This document shows, piece by piece, positions 25,583-37,739 of a stretch of 64,000 nucleotides of DNA (positions are counted from its first letter, which is position 1; each line of letters opens with the position of its first letter). The DNA is taken from assembly GCF_018977255.1 (NCBI RefSeq), contig NW_024704840.1, forward strand, positions 1 to 64,000, given 5' to 3'. The translations under genes were made by a program, and so were the position numbers. The notes under the pieces are model-generated. The model was not told where the DNA came from. It ran no database searches and worked only from the letters and a program-made list of their open reading frames with translations. This DNA is from Callorhinchus milii. Taxonomy: Eukaryota.

Positions 25583-27283
25583 TATCAAATATTTTCAATG
25601 TCACAGGGCGTTTGGAGAATGTTGGCTGTGAGAGAGTAAGATACGGTGAGAAGTACTGAACTGGAATAACCTGGAGAAGTTACTCTACACTGTGAGGGAG
25701 AGGGTCTGAGGGTTACGTACAAATCTTGTGTCTCTGCGTCATTTTCTCTGCTCTGCCGCATTGCTCCTCCATTGGTTCTCTTCCATCACTAATATGTTTT
25801 TGTTCAATCGGATGTCTGAAACCTGTAGCAAGATACACCCATATGTAAGTTCATCAAACGCTCATAAATGAGTTCACATATATGTACAATAAGTAGAGTT
25901 CTGTAGCCCACGGATTAAAGCCATCGCCCCAAGCGAGAGATATCTGTTCGATTCCTGACATGGTCAACTGTTGGTCAAATTTTCTTACTCCACACTCAAC
26001 ACTGTTTACAGCGCAGTAAGTAGGAATCTGGTAGTTAGTCGATTGCTGGTTTACTTTCTGGGTATAAATATCCTGTTTCGCCTTCAAAATGCACAGCCAA
26101 TATAATTTAGAGAATATTCTGTGAAGCACATTGAGACATCTCAGAGGCGAAATTATTCGCTCTATTCAATGTCAAGGTTTATTGTAATACAGATAATCAA
26201 AACAAGACAGGACGGTGTATTCAGTGGAACCCACTGAGTGTGTGCAGATGGCAAGACAATGACCTAATGTGTGTGGGCTTCACATCCCCGGGGGCAGCTG
26301 TCAATTTGGTAACGAAGTGAAACGAGGCGTTGAGAGGGTTCAAAGCGAAAGGGTAGGAGCCACGTTTGTTCACCAGTTTCTCAGCTGTCTGACCCCCAAT
26401 TAGTTGAGTTTTCTTCTTGCCACTCTCCGCTCAAGGCTACTGGGTTACAGCAGTATGGGGACAAAACACAAGTTTCTCAGCATTATTCAATTCTACAAGT
26501 TACTGCGTTGTACGATTTATTTTGCTGAATGATTCTTCACAGATTCACATTTATTTTTCTTAACCGGTGTCTGACCCAAGGCAGGAAACCCATCGCCATT
26601 CTCTTTAATATCCAAACCAACCTGTGTGTTAAAATAATTGCCAATGCCTTTCATGTGAAGCCGTATCACTATTTCGAGTCGTTTATATGAATTTCGCAGG
26701 ACAAAGTGTATCGACAGTGTATTTTGTAGAAAACACCTGGCAGCTAAGTGCACACAGCAGTGTCTCGCAAACAGTCTTTGATCGAGTGATCAACTTTTCT
26801 AATCGACTAAAAGCGATCATCCAAACTCCTATCAACCGGTTTCCTATTTCCAGCACAGTAAACCATTACAGATATAATAAACCTTGCATTTGATACAGTG
26901 TCTGGTCACGTCTTCCTGACATTACATAGCATTTCGTAGGTTGTACTGTGAATGGAATTGACTGTGTCTGCTATGGGATAAATACGGCAGCCGAATGCAC
27001 ACAGCGGTGTCCCACAAACTCTTGTGGAATTAAGTGAATTTCTCTTTTCTTTTTAAAGCAATTATTAGCCCTGGAAAAGCGATCTGCCAGTCAACTAACA
27101 GCCATGTTGCTACACATTGCGAGGTAAACAGACGAATGTAGAGTAAAAAAAGTAGCATAACATTTTGCCCGAACGGAAACCGAACCCACGCCCTCACGCT
27201 TGCGAGGCGAGTGCTCTAAACATTGAGCTACAATAAACCCAACATGTTTTTGTACAGGTCCCATTTAGACACACCGCACTGTG

Positions 27284-27743
27284 CACTCCGCACAGAAGTA
27301 AATGGCGGTGTCTGATATTCGCACATCTTCGATTGTAAGCGTACAGTTTTTCTGTTTTCGCTCAGCCAAAGCTCCTATCCTGTCCTTCGTATTTACGTCG
27401 CTTTTTCCCAACAACAAGAACCGAATGGATCCGTTTCCATAATGTTTGTACCAGTGAAAGACAGGGCTGGTCACAGTGGCGATGCATTCCATAGAAAGAT
27501 TTCCATTTTCATTCACTGTCACGGCCTGAGGTATCTGTGAGACGTCACTTGCGGCCAAGCGGCCAGGAAAGAAAACAGAAATGAACATTTTTGGAACGGA
27601 TTTGAGATAAAGTCTGCCACCACAATTTATAATTATTTATCAGGAAATAAAAGCATTTGCTTCCACACAAGCATCATCTACTCACACAGTAGGAATACTA
27701 TTACATTCAAAATCATATATTTCGCATTGTAATTCTGCTTCAT
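27284..27743 (-). pseudogene. TCR alpha/delta V segment V10 (GNGSIR family), intact frame but V-exon splice acceptor AG changed to TG
   Basis: Leader 27743-27686 MKQNYNAKYMILNVIVFLL+T|gtgagt. Exon 27563-27284 with YFCAEC. Acceptor reads tttccTG where the V6 paralog has tttccAG, and the nearest alternative AGs are out of frame. RSS CACAGTG 27283-27277, 23 bp, ACAAAAACA 27253-27245. Confidence 0.85.
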
Positions 27744-29114
27744 TCTCAACTGCCGTCGATTCACGTCAATATCTTCCGTTGAAATGCAACGAGAATTTAT
27801 CTAAACGTAGCGTCTGGTTGATAAACGTTTCTCCATTTAAGGAGTTGTCTCTTGTCTCCGCGTTATTATCTTGTCTGTGATCTTTGGTGGAGGTGCATTG
27901 CGACTCCCCCTACCGTTTACATTCAGATTCACTTCTCCTCGCTGGGGCAAACAATAGTAACGCATCAAAGAGACAGTGCAGAGAGACCTGAGTACAAAGA
28001 CTCAACAAAGTATACAAATAATAATAATACTAAGTGCCTTATCAGGTCGTGGACACGTCTCGCATTGTCTGTGGAATATACGGTAAAATAACTTGACTGT
28101 GCTTTTAGAGTGAACCTCGGCAGCCTGATGCACACAGCTGTGCCATGCATACAGTCCTTGAATGCATGACCAATTTACCACTTTTTTACGGTGTTATTCC
28201 CCTGGCAAACTGTTCGCCATTCGGCTGATAACCGGGTTCCTATTTACTGGTCGGTTAAACAGCGTGTGCAGTAAGCAAATTTGCGCAGAATTGCTCAATG
28301 CTGTGAATCTCCACTGCATGCGAGGCTAATGGTCTGACCACCAACCTCTAGGACCCAGATGTGCTTTGGCAAAGAGCACAGATCTTGATAATCGGTCGAG
28401 TTGCAGGAATACTGTATGAAGAAATTTGTGTTTCAGGAAAAGAGATACCAAAAATCTCTATATTCTGTAGAAACCAGGTTTAGGATTGATTCGGATATAT
28501 GGAATAGATTTTTCATTAATCGTGGGAGCAGAACAGTCAGAGAATCCTGAAACACCCGTACATTATGTCGACTGATCCCTCACAATTTGTAACAAACTTT
28601 GATTCCAATAATCTACCTTTCGAGTATATCTGTTGTTCAGAATGGAAAGTGTCAACCAAGCAATTGGATGCGGTGAGCAACCTTCTGAAAACGGTTAGAA
28701 GAGGTGTGAAGGAATATGCTTTATTGAACCATTTTTCACAGGCTTTCAAGCCAGTGGTGTCTTGTCAGAAATTCAGCGCCCGAGAGACACCCAGTGGTAA
28801 GACACTGCAATATAAATGTTACCCTGAACCAGGAATAATAATATATATGTTTGCATTTGTTCCTTTGACATATGATGCCGGTGATGCGTCTGAAAGCGCT
28901 TCCCACAGTATACTGCATGAATATATTGCCTGAAAGGGTGGTGGTAGCCAAATCGACAACATTTCAGGAGAGAAGCATTATACAGCAGAGAGATCGGATT
29001 AAGGGCGACTGGTTATTTGGGAGACAGGCAATAATCTAAAAAAAGTGACACAGAAGCTGCTTCTTGAGTAAACTAAACATTTTGTTACTTATGCTTTGGA
29101 GAAAACTTTGTATC

Positions 29115-29310
29115 TTTCAGCTGAAGCAGCAATATTGTATGAGTGAACCAATGTTAAATGTAACAGGAAGCAGCTGTTAGTGTTGCCAAGGAAGATAGTT
29201 GCAGAAAGGAAAGTGACAAGTTGTACAAGTTGCAGCTCATGTTGTATATGTGTTTGTTTCGCCTTCTGCTGGTGAATTGCAGCTACATCACCTGTACAAT
29301 TGGAGACATT
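29115..29310 (-). promoter_or_regulatory. Conserved intergenic module copy F
   Basis: ACAGGAAGCAGCTG 29163-29176; reverse-complement TCACCAGCAGAAGGCG 29260-29275. Confidence 0.5.
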
Positions 29311-29922
29311 TGATGGCAAATATTTTTCAGCCTATTTTTTATTTCCCGTTGTGTATGGCAGTACTTGAATATGAGTTGTTGTGTTTGATGATATCCTGCT
29401 GAATAATACCCCACAGAAAGGCTCGTACATGCGGCGGCATTGCCCCAGAGAGCAGGACTTTGAGTTTATTACTGCGACAATAACATGATTATATTTAATT
29501 ATAGTTTTAATCTTTTCATTCGCTATTGCATATTGTTACACCTTCCAGACGCCGCAAAGTACTTCACATATTACACTGTATACGAATGGGCTGCACATTG
29601 TGTGAGCGAAACACCGCAGCCAATCGTTCGCATCTGTGTCCCATTGAGTTGAGTGACTAATTTGTTATCAGTATTGAAGGAAACTTTACCCCTGTAAAAG
29701 CCATCTGTCCCTAATCGAACAAAGTCCTTTCGCTCTCACCACTGAGCTATATGACACCACATGTCCTGCAGACATGATATGGACATCCCGTCATGAACAA
29801 GGAAATTGAGGGAAACTGAGAGGCAGTGAGTGCTGAGCAGTTATTGTGATGAACAAGAGGGGAATTGCTGACTGATCACTGGGGGTTTGTGTACGGCCTC
29901 TCTATGTGATTGTCTCACTGTG

Positions 29923-30371
29923 TCTCCACTGCACACAAGTAGGTGGCGGCGTCTGTCACTTCTGTGCCTGTGATGCTCAGATGACTGCCCTTCTCTTTAT
30001 AGTTCATTGTTGCTGTGATCCTCTCCTTCTGCTGCTCTCCTGTCTTTCCTGTTACCAAGTGTTTGAGAGCCTGGTTCGGATACTGTCTGTACCACTGTAA
30101 AGTTTGAGTCGTTCCTTTTGCGGAACAATTGATAAGCACATTTTCCTTCTCCCCAACAGTCACAGAGAGTGGCGTCTGGTAGACTTCCTCCTGACCACTG
30201 ACTCCTGGTAAACGAAAGAAAATCAGTTAATGAAACTCACTCGTTAATTGTGGTCGAATTAAATACAATTTCTCGGAAAGCGCAAGTGGGGTTCATCTGT
30301 GAAACATACTCACCCCATAGGAACACGGCAGCTTTCAGGAGGATGAAGAGTAAAGTGTATTCGCGCTTCAT
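29923..30371 (-). CDS. TRAV-like V segment V11, apparently functional
   Basis: Leader 30371-30314 MKREYTLLFILLKAAVFLW+G|gtgagt. Exon 30204-29923 INC..LQWYRQ..TYLCAVE. The LQWYRQ and YLCAV motifs are typical of TRAV. RSS CACAGTG 29922-29916, 23 bp, ACACAAACC 29892-29884. Confidence 0.93.
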
Positions 30372-30877
30372 AGCCAATCTTTCAGCGCTTTAATGAAGAA
30401 ACTAAAATTGCCTTTAAAACCGTAGGCAGTTTTCCTTATTCCACGCGTCTCTCTTCAACCTACAGTAAACAGGAACCCGACTGCGAGTCGATCTGCGGAA
30501 TGCTTTACAGGGCTATTGATCCCTCAAAAAGATTGTCACTCAATCCACGACTCTTCGAGATACTCTGCGGTGCACGGTTCGTTCTCGAGTTTCGCCGCCC
30601 AACCAATACACGGTCACAACACTTGACTGTGTATTCTATGAATCGATTTGAGACGCCTCAGAGACGAGATAAGGCACTTTATCAACGGTCAAAAATTATT
30701 ATGGCATAGACAGTCAACAGAATGCAGGACGAGTTGTTCAGTGGAAGCCACTGAGTGTGCGCAGACGGCTGGAGAATGGCCTAATGTGTGTTGGCTTCAC
30801 ATCCCCGGGGACGAGTGGCAATTTGGTAACGAGGAGAAAGAAACCATTGAGAGGGTTCAAAGCGAAATGGTAGGAGC

Positions 30878-30892
30878 CATGTGACGTCAGCA
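30878..30892. promoter_or_regulatory. Perfect CRE palindrome TGACGTCA in a conserved block upstream of V11
   Basis: TGACGTCA 30882-30889, ~510 bp 5' of the V11 ATG. The block is homologous to 14860-15080, 26220-26600 and (inverted) 38740-39110. Confidence 0.45.
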
Positions 30893-31684
30893 GTTTCTTA
30901 GATATCTCTGCCCCAATAAGTTGAAAGGTTTCTTCCCTCTCCTTTCCTCTCTACACTTCTGGGTTACACCAGTTTGGGTACAAAACACACGTTTTCAAGC
31001 ATGACTCATTTCTACGAGCTTCTGGGTTGTACGATTTGTTTCGCTGAATGACGCTTCATATATTAACATTTATTTTTGTTACCCTGGTGTCTGACACATA
31101 TGGAAACCAATCACCATGCCTATGGTTTTCCAAATCAACCTGTGAGTTATAATAAACCTTGCGTTTGATACAACGCCTTATCACTTGTCCGAGTTGTCTG
31201 TCTATACGGCCTTCACGGGATACACTGTTAAGTGTATCGACAGTGTATTTTGTGGGGAAAATGCCAATTGCGCAAAACAGCGTCTCACAAACAGTCGTTG
31301 ATCGAGCGACCAATTTTTTTAATGGTATATTACCACCGAAAAAGCGCTCCTCCAATCTATTGATAACCGGGTTCCTAGTTACGGCTCAGCAAACCAATAA
31401 AGTGAATTATAATAATCCTTCCATTTGACATAACGCCCAATCACTTCTTCGAGACGTTACATAGTATTTCACAGACTCTACTGTGAAGTGAATTGACTGT
31501 ACATGTTATGGACTAAATGCGGCAGCGAGTTGCGCAACGCAGTGTCACACAAACAGTTGTGCGTTGAGATAAAGAACTGTTTATCATTATTATAATTATA
31601 TCATTATTGCAAGGAATTATTACGCAGAGAAAGACGCTCCGCCAATCAACTAAAACCTACGTATTGCTAGGTAATCAGACGCCT

Positions 31685-32008
31685 AATAATAATAATAATA
31701 ATCCTTGCATTTGATATCGCGCTTTTCAAGTCGGGAGGACGACTCACAGCGCTTCACATAACACACTGTAAAGTGAATTGACTGTATATTTGTGGGTGAA
31801 CGCGGCAGCCAATTGCGCACAGCAATGTCCCACAAACAGTCGTAGATTAAAAATGACCGATTTATTGTCGTTTTTGGTTTTTGGAGGGATTATTATTAGG
31901 CTCTGTGTGGAGTAAGGAAACTTGCCCAAGGTTTCGCCCTCTGGCTGGAATTGAACTCAGTTCTCTCGCTTGCAAAGCGAGTGCTCTAACCACTGAGCGC
32001 CAGGATTC
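31685..32008 (-). mobile_element. Young full-length tRNA-derived SINE
   Basis: Same family as 12786-13115, with an (ATT)n tail at 31685. Confidence 0.9.
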
Positions 32009-32157
32009 CGCATAAGGAGTAAGGAAACATGTCCAATGTTTTGCCCTGTCGGGAATCAACCCACGTCTCTCGTTTTCGAGGCGAGTGCTTTAAACTTTGG
32101 GTTCCAGTAACCTCAGCATGTTTTTGTACAGGTCCCTCTTAGACACACAGCACTGTG

Positions 32158-32802
32158 CTGTCCGCACAGAAGTAAGTGGCGGTGTCTGACACTCGCACGT
32201 CTTGGATTGTTAGAGTGCAGCTTCTCTGTTTTGTATTAGCCAAAGCTCTTATCCTGTCCTTCACTGTTATGTCTCTTTTTCCCAAAACCAAGTACCGGAT
32301 GGAGCCGTTTCCATACTGTGTGTACCACTGAAAGGTTGGGCCAGACTCAGTGGTGGTGCACTCCATGGATACGTTTCCATTTTCATGCTGTGTCACGGTC
32401 TGGGGTCTCTGTGATACATCGCTTTCAGCCAAAGCATCTGTGCAGATAATAATATTACTAACAATTATTCTTGTTATTAGAGAGAGAGACTGAGCGAGAG
32501 AAAGACTGAAAGAAGGGAACAGAAAGACTGAGAGTGAATATATTATCAAGTGTCGGGACTTTTTGATTTGATGGAGACACTAGTAGAGTGACTAAGGGAG
32601 TTAGAAAGACTAAGGAGGAAAATATATTATAATGTGTAGGGACGTTGTTTTTTGAAGGAGAGAGTTAGAGACAGATTACTGAGATTCACTGACGGTGACT
32701 GAGATAAAGATAGAGTGAGAGAGAGAGAGTCATTCCCTACTTACATAAGAATGATGTCATTATACTCAAAATAATAAATGTTGCCTTGATATTTTGCTTC
32801 AT
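32158..32802 (-). CDS. TCR alpha/delta V segment V12 (GNGSIR family), apparently functional
   Basis: Leader 32802-32745 MKQNIKATFIILSIMTSFL+T|gtaagt. Exon 32437-32158 YFCADS. RSS CACAGTG 32157-32151, 23 bp, ACAAAAACA 32127-32119. Confidence 0.95.
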
Positions 32803-33193
32803 TCTCAACTCTCACGTAATTATTTTGGGTTGAAATGCAAAGGCTAATCAGCTAAAGGCGGCTAAACGGTTAGAAAAGTTTTTCGAGCGCCGTGAGCTGT
32901 GAAGGTTATGATTATATTCTCGGTGACGCCTTCACTGACTGCTCACTTCCTGTATATCTGGTTGTGCAAAATTCATTCACGAATCGACTAACACCAGGAC
33001 TCCTGTTTACTGATATGTAAACTGAGGCGATTGTGTTGATGAGAAAACAATCCCAACATTGCTCTCTGCTCGCGAAGTGAACACACGTACTCTCCCCTAT
33101 AACGCTGCAGTCTCTCCCTCTCTCTCTCTCTCTCTCTCTGTATCTCAGTCGCTATTCCTCTATCACTATCTCTTTCTCACTCAGTTCATCGCT

Positions 33194-33386
33194 NNNNNNN
33201 NNNNNNNNNNNNNNNNNNNNNNNNNNNNNNNNNNNNNNNNNNNNNNNNNNNNNNNNNNNNNNNNNNNNNNNNNNNNNNNNNNNNNNNNNNNNNNNNNNNN
33301 NNNNNNNNNNNNNNNNNNNNNNNNNNNNNNNNNNNNNNNNNNNNNNNNNNNNNNNNNNNNNNNNNNNNNNNNNNNNNNNNNNNNNN
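33194..33386. other. Assembly gap (N run) within a (CT)n-rich region
   Basis: 193 N. Confidence 1.
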
Positions 33387-33813
33387 ATGCACTTAGTCTC
33401 TCCCTCAATCAGTCTCCATCACAATCTCTCTCTCTCTCTCCCTCTCTCAGTCTCTCACACACAACACCTATCCAACCAGTAATCTGAAGGATTTCTACCG
33501 ATTAATTTCCAGAGAGCAGCGGGATAGACTGGGGGCCCGACCGCCAATTGTGAGAGGATTGGAGATATCGGGCAGGTCTCCATGGTTTGGGATGGTCCCA
33601 AAGTTAGGTTATGGTCACAAGAGAGAGAATACGGTTTAATTTTCTTAGACAGGGTGAAATGTCAGGCAGGTACCCTTATTCCACACACACACGTGCCTCC
33701 ACTTACCGAGCAGTAACACGCTTGTTATTCGATTGGCAGATGCCTTTTTAGGTTTAATAATTAACGAATATTAGCAATGGCAATTTTCTTCGATCCAATG
33801 TTGTAAGTCCAAT

Positions 33814-34140
33814 GTGGAGTCCTGTAGCTCAGTGGTTAGAGCACTCGCTTTGCAAGTGAGAGACCTGAGTTCAATTCCAGGCAGAGGGCGAAACCTTGGG
33901 CAAGTTTCCTTACTCCACACAGAGCCTAATAATAATCCCTCCAAAAACCAAAAACAATAATAAATTGGTCATTTTCAATCCACGACTGTTTGTGGGACAT
34001 TGCTGTGCGCAATTGGCTGCCGCGTTCGCCCACAAATATACAGTCAATTCACTTTACAGTGTGTTCTGTGAAGCGCTTTGGGACGTCCTCCCGACGTGAA
34101 AAGCGCTATACCAAATGCAAGGATTATTATTATTATTATT
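33814..34140 (+). mobile_element. Young full-length tRNA-derived SINE
   Basis: GTGGAGTCCTGTAGCTCAGTGGTTAGAGCACTCGCTTTGCAAG head and (ATT)n tail. Confidence 0.92.
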
Positions 34141-34379
34141 TTTAGGGACACTGCTGTGTATTTGCCAGCCACGTTTCCCCCCCAAAATGCACAGTGAGTT
34201 AAATGTGCATTTTATAATGTGAAGAGTTTGAGACGTTTCAAAGTCATGATAAGTCGCCATATCAAATAAAAGAGTATTATTATTAATGAAATTGGTAGTA
34301 GAATTAGCATTATTTAAATCTCATCAACTGATAATAATAATATCATAATAAGAGAATTATTACTATTCTATTATCATTC

Positions 34380-34620
34380 AAACGACCTCAGAGACCTCCG
34401 ACCTCTCTACCAATCTACTCGCTCCCTCCGATTAGAAGTCTCCTTCTGCTTCAGATTCCCTGCCACGTCTGCCCCAACATTGTCGGGCGGACCTTCAGCC
34501 ACTCTTTGCCCGCCCTCAGGGTGCAGTGCCACCGTCTCCTCCATGTGCCACTTGGCTCCTTCAACACCCACCTCAAAACCCTCCTCTTCCACCTTGTCAT
34601 CGGTTAACCTACTTCCCAAC
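34380..34620 (+). mobile_element. L2-type LINE 3' fragment
   Basis: ..GGGCGGACCTTCAGCCAC..CTCCTTCAACACCCACCTCAAAACCCTCCTCTT, typical of the L2 3' region. Confidence 0.6.
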
Positions 34621-35464
34621 AGAAACACACCACCCAACCCCGTTTTCCACCGTCACGAATCCCCATCGACCCAAATTCACCACTGTGTTTACATCCCCTC
34701 AAGGAGGACAAGTCATTTAATGATGAAGATTGTGGGCAGTTACACAGCATAATATCACCCCCTGGCGGAGGTAACGAGTACTGCAGGCTTTATTTTCAAT
34801 TTGAGCACATTGTAAATCACAGTAAAAGGTTACACAAATGCACAACAGCCACCCGGTGAGATGTAGAAGAACTGTTTGGTTTCTCTGTCTGACCACTTTC
34901 TAGCATTAGATGATGATACCCAGAAGGAGTGAATGAGTAATACAATTAATGACATCGGATTCAGTGAGGAATTGCTTAATTATAAAAAAATAGATTAAAA
35001 GGCAATGATAATGTATTTTTTCAATTATAATGCAGCACCGAAAAATAGCTGCGGCTCGTGGTCTTACGTGAAAGAGGGAAAATAAACGCAGATTGTTTGT
35101 TCCTTTGTTGAAAAAGTAAGAATAATTTAAGTGAATTCACTGGAAGCTGTAATACACCTGTCAGCCACTGGAAGGGGTTGATGTATTGTGAACACAAGGA
35201 GGAATTACAGTGCAGCACCGAAAACTATTGCACATACGCGTGTACTTCAGCCCACAAAGCCTCTCCAATCTGCCTGGACTTGGGGGCATTTTAAATTCCC
35301 CCTCATTCAGTGTGTGGTTGTTGTCAGCTTTGGGCATCCTGGAAATTGGGGATGAATGGCCATCCAGGGGTTCAACTTTGACGTCTTTCCGTCCTAAGGG
35401 CGCTATAAAAGCGTAATTTGGTGTATTATATTGTTCTTTCCCCTCAATATCCTCAGCCACAATC

Positions 35465-36060
35465 AGTGGCTCCCCAACCTTATCAACACCCAGTCACACC
35501 CCAGCCTCACCCACACTCAGTCCCTCCCGATTCTCACCAACTCCCAGCCACTCCACATCCTGACCCATAACCAGCCCATCCCCATCATCATTCACACCTA
35601 TCCCCTTCCCCTCCTCAATGGCATCCAGCCTCTCCCCATCCGCAACCACAACCAGTCCATCGCCTCCACACCCAATCCCAGCACCTCACTCTACGCTCCC
35701 ACACCCAGCACCTCCCCATTCTCACCTATACCCTCACCCAGTACACCCACCTTCACCGACATTCAGACCCTCCCATTGCTCACCCACACGTACATTCACC
35801 TCCTCTCAATCCTCACCCACACCAATCGCTTCCCCATTCTTAACGCCACCCAGCCCCATCCTCAGGTATAATTAGTTCCTCCCCTTCCTCAAGCACACCA
35901 AGACCCTCCAATCCTCACCAACTCCCAGCCCATCCACTATCACACACACACACTCCATCACCATCACCTCAACCCTACCCAGAACCACACGCCCTCATCC
36001 ACACCTAACACCATTCCACTCACAAACTTTTTGATTACTCAACCACACCCAGCCTCTGTT
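35465..36060. repeat. Degenerate C/A-rich ~27-bp minisatellite
   Basis: Nine-codon periodicity visible as LTHTQPLPI-like repeats in the ORF track; the plus strand is strongly G-poor. Confidence 0.7.
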
Positions 36061-36677
36061 TAACTTGCAGAAGTAGGAAACTGGTTGTTAGTGGATTCGC
36101 GGATCATAATTACAGGGATATTAATAGCTCAAGAAAAAACAGCAGTAACAATTTGGTGACTGCATACACCTCTGTTTGTGGAACCCTCATGTGCGCAACT
36201 CATTGCCACGTTGCGCCCACATACATACAGTCAATTCACTTCACAGTATATTCTGTGAAGCTCTTTGAGACTTCTAGAAGACGGGAAATGTGTTGCATCA
36301 TCTGAGATTTTCATTTTTATTTCGAAGAAGCACGATGGAATGAAACTCATGAACGGGCCAGACTGTTTTTCTTTTTAGATGTTCATCAGAACTCAATATG
36401 TTTTATTTTATTCCCAATATTTATACTCACCCAACAAATAAAATGCTTCCGAGTAACAGGTTTTCAACACTTCTGTGTAGGAGAGCGCATTGAGCATTCT
36501 CAATCACATTTCGTAACATGTTTGCAACAGATGGTATTTCAATACACAAGAAACATTCCTCCTTATTTGTTAAAACAAACGAATCATCTTAATTGGTTCA
36601 TCATGGTATAAGGCTTCCCTTTTTAGTGGATGCATTCACTGATATTGCCTAAGTTTAACAGTGTGCAAAGTCAAGTC

Positions 36678-37147
36678 TTATAATAACTTTATGAATTTAG
36701 CAACGATACGAAATGGATAAACTATTCCTTTCCGAAGCTCTTCTCTGAACTTGGTCTGAGTCAAAGCATAAATGCAGGTGTTGGTACAGCAACTCAACCT
36801 TTGAAGCATGATTCCGGTTTCTTGCACTATGTACCGCATATTATTGGCAAATATTGCGGTGTAATTAAAATTGGAAAGTTGCCATTTGAAGGAATATGAA
36901 ACAAAAGTTAACCAAAGCAGTATAAGACTACCCGATATGGCGAAGAGTAAAATGACGGATTTTCTTCGGTTTTCTAACTCTGGATCAATTGCTTTCTCAG
37001 CATTTCTCTGACCCAGAAGCCTCCTGCGGACTCTATTGGCCACAAGAATGTGCCTGACAGTCAGAGCGTTAAACAGGCAAACGAAAGCAAAACCAAACAT
37101 GGGAAGAACAATACGTTGAAGCCTTTCAAAAGCTTTCCAGGTGTTCA
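36678..37147 (-). CDS. Class A GPCR, GPR139/GPR142-like, C-terminal half (TM5-TM7); 5' part lost at an assembly gap
   Basis: Open frame from the gap edge (NTWKAFERLQRIVLPMFGF..LFNALTVRHILVANRVRRRL..DPELENRRKSVILLFAISGS..SCCTNTCIYALTQTKFREEL) to a stop at 36678. These motifs match the GPR139-like family expanded in cartilaginous fish. Confidence 0.8.
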
Positions 37148-37177
37148 NNNNNNNNNNNNNNNNNNNNNNNNNNNNNN
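37148..37177. other. Assembly gap (N run) truncating the GPCR ORF
   Basis: 30 N. Confidence 1.
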
Positions 37178-37739
37178 ACCGCCCTAGGTGTAACCCCCTG
37201 GAGAATTAGAATCTACTCGAAACACGATGGCACGTGCGTCCAGATCTACAGGAAAACGAATGGCGCATCGGTATCCGGGGTAATAGTAACTTACAAAATG
37301 TTGTGAATTGTTCACCCAATCAACGACTGTTTGTGTGCTTCTGCAATGCAAACGTGGCTACCACGCATCGCTCTATAAATAGGGCCAATTAATTTCACTG
37401 CATTTTCCGTGAAGCATTTCGAGACGTATCCAAGACAATTTAAGGCGGTGTATCAAATACAAGGATTATTTTTATTGTTTGTATCTTTCCCTGAGTCTTT
37501 GTAACTAGGTCTCTCTACACTGTCTCTTTCACAAATTACTCTGGTTTGCCACAGTGAGGGAAAGGGAATCTGAACTTAAACGATAGGAGGAGTCGCAAAA
37601 CTCCTCCAGAGACAAGACAACGTCGCGGCGCTAAGAGACAACTCGTCAAGTGAAGAAGCGTTCTAAATCGAGGAGCTGCATTTGGATTATTCTCCCTGGC
37701 ATTTCAATCAAAGATTTTGATGTGAATCGAGAGTTGAGA

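Noticed and set aside
33059-33487. ORFs spanning N runs (also 51208-51600)
   Set aside because: Artefacts of assembly gaps.
33814-33885. tRNA-Ala(TGC)-like sequence (and the many similar heads)
   Set aside because: It has A/B boxes and an anticodon-like loop but no acceptor stem, and it continues into a SINE body, so it is a SINE head and not a tRNA gene.
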